Shown: positions 26,723-32,000 of the stretch, piece after piece | Numbering within the stretch: the stretch's first letter is position 1 | Layout: each line of letters begins with the position of its first letter | DNA from: Candidatus Saccharimonadota bacterium | GTDB taxonomy: Archaea; Nanobdellota; Nanobdellia; Pacearchaeales; GW2011-AR1 | Reading direction: 5' to 3' | DNA length: 32,000 nt | Assembly: GCA_049511795.1 (NCBI GenBank) | Contig: JBEKXS010000001.1 | Span: 270,001 to 302,000 of the forward strand | Position numbers and translations under genes: made by a program | Notes under the pieces: generated by a model | What the model saw: only the letters and a program-made list of their open reading frames with translations | What the model was told of the DNA's origin: nothing | Databases searched by the model: none

Positions 26723-26920
26723 TTACGCCTTCTTGAATTTTGCAACAAGATCTATATAATCTGCTTGGCCAAGGAAAACAGACCTGCAGCAGAATCTTTC
26801 CACTCCAAGGTCATCAAGAACTTTCTTTGATTTTTCTCCTGCAGCAATTCTTTTTTTGTATTCTTCCCACAGATGGCCAATTGGTTTGCCGCATGAGAAA
26901 CATCTTACAGGGATTATCAT
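26723..26920 (-). CDS. rpoN: DNA-directed RNA polymerase subunit N (Rpo10 / RpoN)
   Basis: MIIPVRCFSCGKPIGHLWEEY...ERFCCRS carries the canonical Rpo10 Zn-binding CxxC...CC motif, and the length of 65 aa fits. Confidence 0.9.
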   Translation of the reverse strand: MIIPVRCFSCGKPIGHLWEEYKKRIAAGEKSKKVLDDLGVERFCCRSVFLGQADYIDLVAKFKKA

Positions 26921-26942
26921 ATTAATACTCCTTGAAATACAT

Positions 26943-26992
26943 TTTTAAAGGTTTTGATAAGCATTTCAGATTTTCAGGTTAAGATTTAAATA
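26943..26992. promoter_or_regulatory. Divergent promoter pair between rpoN (minus) and the ABC ATPase (plus)
   Basis: TTTTTAAA at 26943-26950 is centred 26.5 nt from the minus-strand ATG at 26920. TTTAAATA at 26985-26992 is centred 25.5 nt from the plus-strand ATG at 27014. Confidence 0.5.
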
Positions 26993-27013
26993 ACCTTTAC
27001 TCTTTTTTAAAAA

Positions 27014-27775
27014 ATGGAAAATGAAAAGAAAAAATCTGCTTTAATTGAACTGAAAAAAGTGTTCAAATATTATTTTATGGGAGAAAATGTTGTAAAGGCA
27101 GTTGATGGAATCTCTATTAAAGTTAATCAAGGAGAATTTGTTGCTATAATGGGGCCATCTGGATCTGGAAAATCAACTTCAATGAATCTTGTGGGAAGTC
27201 TGGATGTTCCGACTAAAGGCCATATATTTCTTGATGGAGAAGATATATCTACTTTTTCAGAATCTGACCTTGCACAGTTAAGGGGCAGAAAAATTGGATT
27301 TATCTTTCAATCCTTCAACTTGATTCCTAATCTTACTGCAAAAGAAAATGTTATGCTTCCAATGACTTTTCAGGATATACCTGAAGAAGAAAGAGAAATT
27401 AAAGCTGAAGAACTTTTGAAACTTGTTGAATTAGAAGACAGAATGGATCATTATCCAAACCAACTTTCTGGCGGGCAAAAGCAAAGAGTTGCAATTGCAA
27501 GGGCTCTTGCAAATGACCCTGAAGTTATACTTGCAGATGAGCCTACAGGAAACCTTGATACTAAAACAGGAAGCATTGTAATGCATTTTTTGGACAAATT
27601 GCACAAGCAGGGAAAAACAATAATTATGATTACTCATGAGCCTGAATTGGCAGAGTATCATGCTGAAATAGTCTACTGGCTTCGTGATGGAAAGCTTGAA
27701 AGGGTGACCAGGAAAAAGAAAGGCAAAAGATATGTCGATGGTGAAATTAAAAGATTGGTGCAGGCAAGGAAGTAA
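27014..27775 (+). CDS. ABC transporter ATP-binding protein, MacB/LolD/FtsE-like
   Basis: It has Walker A (GPSGSGKST), the signature [15 protein letters not shown], Walker B ([11 protein letters not shown]) and the H-loop (ITHE). A basic C-terminal tail of about 30 aa is present. Confidence 0.9.
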   Translation: MENEKKKSALIELKKVFKYYFMGENVVKAVDGISIKVNQGEFVAIMGPSGSGKSTSMNLVGSLDVPTKGHIFLDGEDISTFSESDLAQLRGRKIGFIFQSFNLIPNLTAKENVMLPMTFQDIPEEEREIKAEELLKLVELEDRMDHYPNQLSGGQKQRVAIARALANDPEVILADEPTGNLDTKTGSIVMHFLDKLHKQGKTIIMITHEPELAEYHAEIVYWLRDGKLERVTRKKKGKRYVDGEIKRLVQARK

Positions 27776-27817
27776 TCAACTTTATAACTTCTAATTCATT
27801 TCGTTTTTTGGGTAAAA

Positions 27818-29035
27818 ATGATAAAAGATTATTTTGTCCTATCTGTAAAAAACTTAAAACACAGAGGATTGCGTTCATGGCTGACTCTTTTGGGAATTCT
27901 TATCGGGGTCGGAGCAGTTGTGGCATTAATTTCACTTGGTGATGGGCTACAAGCAGCTGTTGCAAGCCAGTTTGGAGTTAGTTCAACTGATTTAATAACT
28001 GTTCAAGCAGGAGGAATAAATTACGGGCCTCCTGGCTCAGGTGCAGTTATTCCTCTTACAACTGATGATCTGACCCAGATTAAAAATTTGCCTAGTGTTA
28101 AAGCAGCAATAGGAAGAGATATTGTTCCTGTAAAGGCTTCCTTTAATCAAAAACTTGTTTTTACATATGCTACAAATATTCCATCTGGTTCTGACAGGCA
28201 ATTTGTTTATTCACAAATAAATGCCCAAGCTATTTCAGGCAGACTGCTTAAAGATGGAGACATTGGAAAAATTGTTATAGGGTATAATTTTTACACTGAT
28301 TCAAATGGCTTTGGAAAAGCAGTAATCCCTGGAAATACAATAGTAATACAAAACAAAAGTTTTCAGGTTGTTGGTATTTTGGCACGACAGGGCAGTTTTA
28401 TTTTTGATAATGTAATTTACATGAATCAGAATGATCTTGATTCTATAAGCAATTATGGAAATAAGATAGACACAATTGCAATTGAACCAGCTAGCAAAGA
28501 TTTAATGAATAGAACAGTGAGCGATGTCGAAAATCTTTTATTGAGGCTTAGGAATGTAAAGAAAGATGCTGAAAACTTCCAAATTTCAACACCAGAGGCA
28601 TCTTTAAATCAGGTTAAACAGATTATTAACGGGGTTCAGATATTTATTGCAATAGTTGCTTCAATATCAATTTTTATAGGCGCTATTGGAATTGTTAATA
28701 CAATGTACACTTCTGTTTTAGAAAGAAGAAAAGACATTGGGATAATGAAATCAATAGGTGCAACGAATTTTCAGATATTTATCCAATTTTTTATTGAATC
28801 AAGTTTACTTGGCCTTGTTGGGGGAATTATCGGAATAATTTTTGGAGAATTTATTGCGATTTTCGGAATCATAGGCATCAATAGTTTAATCGGGGGGCAT
28901 TTACCAATAACAATAAATTTAGGTCTTATTTTTGGTGTTCTTATTGGGAGTTTTTTAATTGGGGGAGCTGCTGGGATTGTCCCTGCACTAAATGCTGCTA
29001 ATCAAAATCCTGTAGAAGTTTTGAGGGATGAATAA
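27818..29035 (+). CDS. ABC transporter permease, FtsX/MacB type (4 TM with a large extracytoplasmic domain), paralogue A
   Basis: The N-terminal NLKHRGLRSWLTLLGILIGVGAVVA is TM1. A roughly 230 aa extracytoplasmic domain follows, then the FtsX block VLERRKDIGIMKSIGATNFQIF and 3 TMs. Confidence 0.85.
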   Translation: MIKDYFVLSVKNLKHRGLRSWLTLLGILIGVGAVVALISLGDGLQAAVASQFGVSSTDLITVQAGGINYGPPGSGAVIPLTTDDLTQIKNLPSVKAAIGRDIVPVKASFNQKLVFTYATNIPSGSDRQFVYSQINAQAISGRLLKDGDIGKIVIGYNFYTDSNGFGKAVIPGNTIVIQNKSFQVVGILARQGSFIFDNVIYMNQNDLDSISNYGNKIDTIAIEPASKDLMNRTVSDVENLLLRLRNVKKDAENFQISTPEASLNQVKQIINGVQIFIAIVASISIFIGAIGIVNTMYTSVLERRKDIGIMKSIGATNFQIFIQFFIESSLLGLVGGIIGIIFGEFIAIFGIIGINSLIGGHLPITINLGLIFGVLIGSFLIGGAAGIVPALNAANQNPVEVLRDE

Positions 29036-29037
29036 AA

Positions 29038-30246
29038 ATGATAAATAAAGAACTTATAAATTATTCATTAAGAAATTTGAGGCACAGGAAAGGTAGAAGT
29101 TTCCTAACTATCTTCTCAATTCTTATAGGAATAGCCACAATATTTATTTTCATAAGTTTTGGTCTTGGACTTTATAATTATACACAGACATTTATTAAAG
29201 GAGGCTCTGCCGACAAGGTACTTATTGTTGCAAAAGGACTTGGTGGAACAAGCGGATTAGACACAGGAGTATCATTTACTGATTCAGATATAAGGGCTAT
29301 AAAGGGGGCATCTGGTGTTTATCAGGCAACAGGAGTTTATGACCAGATTGTTCAGGTTAATGAAGGAAATGAACAAAAATATGCAGTTGTTTTATCCTAT
29401 GATCCAGCTGTCCCAATTATTTTGGAGAGTTTTAATGCAGAGTTAGATTTAGGCAGATTTTTACAGCCAAGCGATACCAGAAAAGCTATTCTTGGATATA
29501 ATTACAAAATTGATGGAAAAATATTCAAAAAAGGGTTAACATTAGGAAGCCAGATTGAAATAAACGGAACTAAAATACAAGTTGTTGGTTTTTTGAAAGC
29601 TCTAGGAAATCCCCAAGATGATGCAGATATTTACATAACAAATAATTATTTCAAAACATTATACCCTGAAAAGAGTTCTTATGCAGAATTAGTTGCAAAG
29701 GTCGACATTAAAAACATTGATACTGTCATATCAAACATAGAGCAAGCATTAAGAAACGAGAGAAACCAAAAAAAAGGCCAAGAAGATTTTTACGTGCAAT
29801 CTTTCCAAGATTTGCTGAAGTCATACACATCTGTTTTAAATGTAATAATAGGTTTTGTAATTTTAATCGCGCTTACTTCTGTTCTTGTTTCTGGAATAAA
29901 TACAGCGAATACTATGATTACCTCTGTATTGGAAAGGTTTAAAGAAATAGGTGTGTTAAAATCAATGGGTACAAGAAATTCTGAAGTTCTTGGAATTTTT
30001 CTTTTTGAATCTGCATTTTTAGGAATGCTTGCAGGAGTTTTAGGAGTGATGCTTGGATTTGTAATGACGACAATTGCAGGAAGTATACTTGCAAATTTAG
30101 GCCTGTCATTTTTAACCCCATATTACTCAATATGGCTTTTTGTCGGATGCATACTTTTCGCAACATTTACAGGAGCTATTTCTGGAGTTATTCCGGCAAT
30201 AAAGGCGTCCAGAATTAATACTGTTGACGCATTAAGATATGAATAA
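29038..30246 (+). CDS. ABC transporter permease, FtsX/MacB type, paralogue B
   Basis: It has the same architecture (NLRHRKGRSFLTIFSILIGIA ... VLERFKEIGVLKSMGTRNSEVL). It starts 2 nt after the stop of paralogue A. Confidence 0.85.
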   Translation: MINKELINYSLRNLRHRKGRSFLTIFSILIGIATIFIFISFGLGLYNYTQTFIKGGSADKVLIVAKGLGGTSGLDTGVSFTDSDIRAIKGASGVYQATGVYDQIVQVNEGNEQKYAVVLSYDPAVPIILESFNAELDLGRFLQPSDTRKAILGYNYKIDGKIFKKGLTLGSQIEINGTKIQVVGFLKALGNPQDDADIYITNNYFKTLYPEKSSYAELVAKVDIKNIDTVISNIEQALRNERNQKKGQEDFYVQSFQDLLKSYTSVLNVIIGFVILIALTSVLVSGINTANTMITSVLERFKEIGVLKSMGTRNSEVLGIFLFESAFLGMLAGVLGVMLGFVMTTIAGSILANLGLSFLTPYYSIWLFVGCILFATFTGAISGVIPAIKASRINTVDALRYE

Positions 30247-30267
30247 ATAGATCAGAATTACTAAAGA

Positions 30268-30275
30268 TTTAAAAA
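30268..30275 (+). promoter_or_regulatory. TATA box (TTTAAAAA) for the surface-protein gene; centre is 25.5 nt upstream of the ATG
   Basis: AAAGATTTAAAAATA, with the ATG at 30297. Confidence 0.5.
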
Positions 30276-30296
30276 TAAAACTCGATTAAACATTTT

Positions 30297-31187
30297 ATGA
30301 AAAAGGATTTTATTCTCGCAATTTTTGCTTTTTTTATTATATTAGGAGGCTTTAGTTTAACCCATGCAGACACTAGCAGTTGTAATTTACAGGTTTCTCT
30401 TGTAAACCAAGATCCTTATCCTGCTGTTCAGGGAGATACTGTCAAATTATTATTCCAGGTAAGTGGCGTTCAAAGTTCTAATTGTAATGGGGCTATGTTT
30501 GAGCTAAATCCAGGGTATGCATTTTCCTTAACAGAGAATAATAGCGTGCAAACATTATCTGGTAGCACATTTACCCAGAATTCTAATAATAATTGGGTTA
30601 TTCCTTACACCTTAAATGTAAATCCAAATGCACCTGATGGTGACTCACAAGTACAAGTTTTTTATTCAGCAGGAAATGCTTTAAACTTCCCTGCATCTGC
30701 TCTTTCTCAGACATTCAATGTAACAGTGCAGAATTCAAGAACAAGTTTCGAGATTTTTGTAAGCAACTATGATACTAAAACAAAAACAATAACCTTCCAA
30801 ATTTTAAATACGGGAAAAGTTGATGTAAAAGCGGTAGCAATACAAATTCCTGAGCAGAAAACACTGCAGGTTAAAGGAGCAAATACAAATATTGTGGGAG
30901 ATATAGATTCAAATTCATATACTACTGCTGATTTTTTAGGAACACCATCTAATGGAAATATAACTCTTCAGGTGTCTTACAGTGATTTGTCTGGTATAAG
31001 AAGAACAATTGAGCAGAATGTCACATATGATTCTGTTTATTTTACAAATGTGCCTTCACAAAGTGGTAGTTCAGGAACAACAATAATTATTGTACTAATT
31101 ATCATTGCAGTCATAGGTTACTTTTTTTACAGAAACAGGAAAAAGAAGAAAAGATTGCTCGCTGAAAGAAGAAATAGAATAAAATAA
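30297..31187 (+). CDS. Secreted, C-terminally membrane-anchored surface protein with two beta-sandwich (CARDB / S-layer-domain-like) modules
   Basis: It has a Sec signal peptide (MKKDFILAIFAFFIILGGFSLTHA/DT), two repeats of a beta-rich module (LQVSLVNQDPYPAVQGDTVKLLFQVSG and FEIFVSNYDTKTKTITFQILNTGKVDVKAV), a C-terminal TM and an RNRKKKKR tail. Four N-x-S/T sequons are present. Confidence 0.6.
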   Translation: MKKDFILAIFAFFIILGGFSLTHADTSSCNLQVSLVNQDPYPAVQGDTVKLLFQVSGVQSSNCNGAMFELNPGYAFSLTENNSVQTLSGSTFTQNSNNNWVIPYTLNVNPNAPDGDSQVQVFYSAGNALNFPASALSQTFNVTVQNSRTSFEIFVSNYDTKTKTITFQILNTGKVDVKAVAIQIPEQKTLQVKGANTNIVGDIDSNSYTTADFLGTPSNGNITLQVSYSDLSGIRRTIEQNVTYDSVYFTNVPSQSGSSGTTIIIVLIIIAVIGYFFYRNRKKKKRLLAERRNRIK

Positions 31188-31278
31188 GATTTATTTTTCT
31201 ATAAAAAATATAAAACTCAACCACAAGAAAATTTAAAAACTAGTTTTTTCTTTAGTGATAAGCTAATAAAAAAGAGAA

Positions 31279-31494
31279 ATGACAAAAAAATGTATTTATT
31301 GTAAGGCGGAAATACCTGATGAGAGTGTCATTGACTTCTGTGAAAAGTGTGGTGTTGGAGTTTGGGGAAGAAAGATGTTCAATACAATATTAAAAAATAT
31401 GGAAGAGGCAAGGGATAAGGAAGATTTGGTTTCTACAAATACCATAGGCATTGCTAAACTTGAAAAACCGAACCCAAAGGATTTTAGGCGATAA
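31279..31494 (+). CDS. Small Zn-ribbon protein (hypothetical)
   Basis: 71 aa. CIYCKAEIPDESVIDFCEKCG is a CxxC...CxxC ribbon. It is followed by a helical charged tail. Confidence 0.5.
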   Translation: MTKKCIYCKAEIPDESVIDFCEKCGVGVWGRKMFNTILKNMEEARDKEDLVSTNTIGIAKLEKPNPKDFRR

Positions 31495-31547
31495 TTCTTA
31501 AATTTATGATAGATAAGGTTTTTAAATAGAATATTTGTGAATGATTT

Positions 31548-31820
31548 ATGGTTAGAAGAAAACCGATAAGAGCAAGAGGAAAAATACAGTTAAGCAAGTA
31601 TTTCCAGCAGTTTAAGGAAGGCGACAACGTGACAATAATAAAAGAGCCTTCCGTTAGCTCAAGCTTTCCTGAAAGAATCCAGGGGAGAACAGGAACTGTT
31701 GAAGAAAGACGAGGAAGAGCTTATATAATAGAACTCATGGACCATAACATGAAAAAAAAGTTTATAATAGAACCAATACACTTAAAGAAGATAATTAAAG
31801 AAAAAAAATCAGCAAAATGA
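31548..31820 (+). CDS. rpl21e: 50S ribosomal protein L21e
   Basis: ...KGDNVTIIKEPSVSSSFPERIQGRTGTVEERRGRAYIIEL matches the L21e SH3-like core (GD.V.I..dPs...gmP...y.G.TG.V...rG.ay.v). Confidence 0.85.
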   Translation: MVRRKPIRARGKIQLSKYFQQFKEGDNVTIIKEPSVSSSFPERIQGRTGTVEERRGRAYIIELMDHNMKKKFIIEPIHLKKIIKEKKSAK

Positions 31821-32000
31821 TAAAATACAGAGAACCATTAAGCATGACAGAATCTTTAGAATACATAGAAGATGTCAAAGGCAAAGAAAGCGAAAAAGAA
31901 TCAGAAGTTGACATAAAGAAATTCATAAAAAAGTTTGTCAAATTAAAGCCTGAAGAAGCGAAAAAGCTGAGAGAAAAGTTGACTGGATTAGGTCTGCTTA
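31817..32000 (+). CDS. rpoF: DNA-directed RNA polymerase subunit F (Rpo4 / RpoF), N-terminal part; the 3' end lies beyond the window
   Basis: This ORF is not in the ORF track because it has no stop in the window. My translation is MIKYREPLSMTESLEYIEDVKGKESEKESEVDIKKFIKKFVKLKPEEAKKLREKLTGLGLL. The start overlaps the rpl21e stop as ATGA. The rpl21e-rpoF order is the conserved archaeal arrangement. The ...L.PEEAKKL.EKL..LG segment fits the Rpo4 helical (HRDC-like) domain. Confidence 0.6.
   Translation, partial: MIKYREPLSMTESLEYIEDVKGKESEKESEVDIKKFIKKFVKLKPEEAKKLREKLTGLGLL

Overview
The window is a low-GC (about 30% by eye, not computed), very gene-dense segment of an archaeal chromosome. By my tally about 95% is coding or structural RNA. 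The archaeal assignment rests on SecY/Sec61-alpha, a DUF106 YidC-like protein, prefoldin alpha, AglB/STT3, RNA polymerase subunits Rpo10 (RpoN) and Rpo4 (RpoF), ribosomal protein L21e, TATA-box promoters and apparently leaderless genes. The compaction and eroded housekeeping synteny suggest a small-genome uncultivated lineage (DPANN-like). That is inference only. Layout: (i) 1-3473 holds housekeeping genes: secY 3' part, DUF106 insertase, pfdA, an eIF-2B-family protein and a SpoIIM-like membrane protein. (ii) 3520-22823 is a roughly 19 kb protein-glycosylation island. It begins with a GlcNAc-1-P transferase (AglH/ALG7-like) and the oligosaccharyltransferase AglB. It also carries six glycosyltransferases (GT9, 2x GT4, 2x GT2, GT10 fucosyltransferase-like), a Zn-ribbon SAM methyltransferase and an SDR epimerase/dehydratase. 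Its last part is a nucleotide-sugar module: Gmd, two paralogous NDP-hexose C-methyltransferase-like enzymes, two cupins, a Gfo/Idh/MocA oxidoreductase and a Wzx-type flippase. (iii) 22930-25420 holds secD and secF. (iv) 25430-25893 holds tRNA-Gly(UCC), tRNA-Arg(CCU) and tRNA-Leu(CAA) on the minus strand, and an orphan 5S rRNA on the plus strand, driven from a compact bidirectional promoter. (v) 25996-32000 holds an orphan membrane-anchored protein, rpoN, a MacB-type ABC system (ATPase plus two paralogous FtsX permeases) followed by a beta-sandwich surface protein, a small Zn-ribbon protein, rpl21e and the 5' part of rpoF. I saw no CRISPR array, transposase, integrase, toxin-antitoxin pair or recognisable defence gene. 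The best candidate for undescribed biology is the GDP-sugar module, which predicts a C-methyl-branched 6-deoxyhexose. It sits beside GT10 and GT9 transferases that are atypical for archaeal N-glycosylation loci. All functional calls come from motif and architecture recognition by eye. No database search was run.
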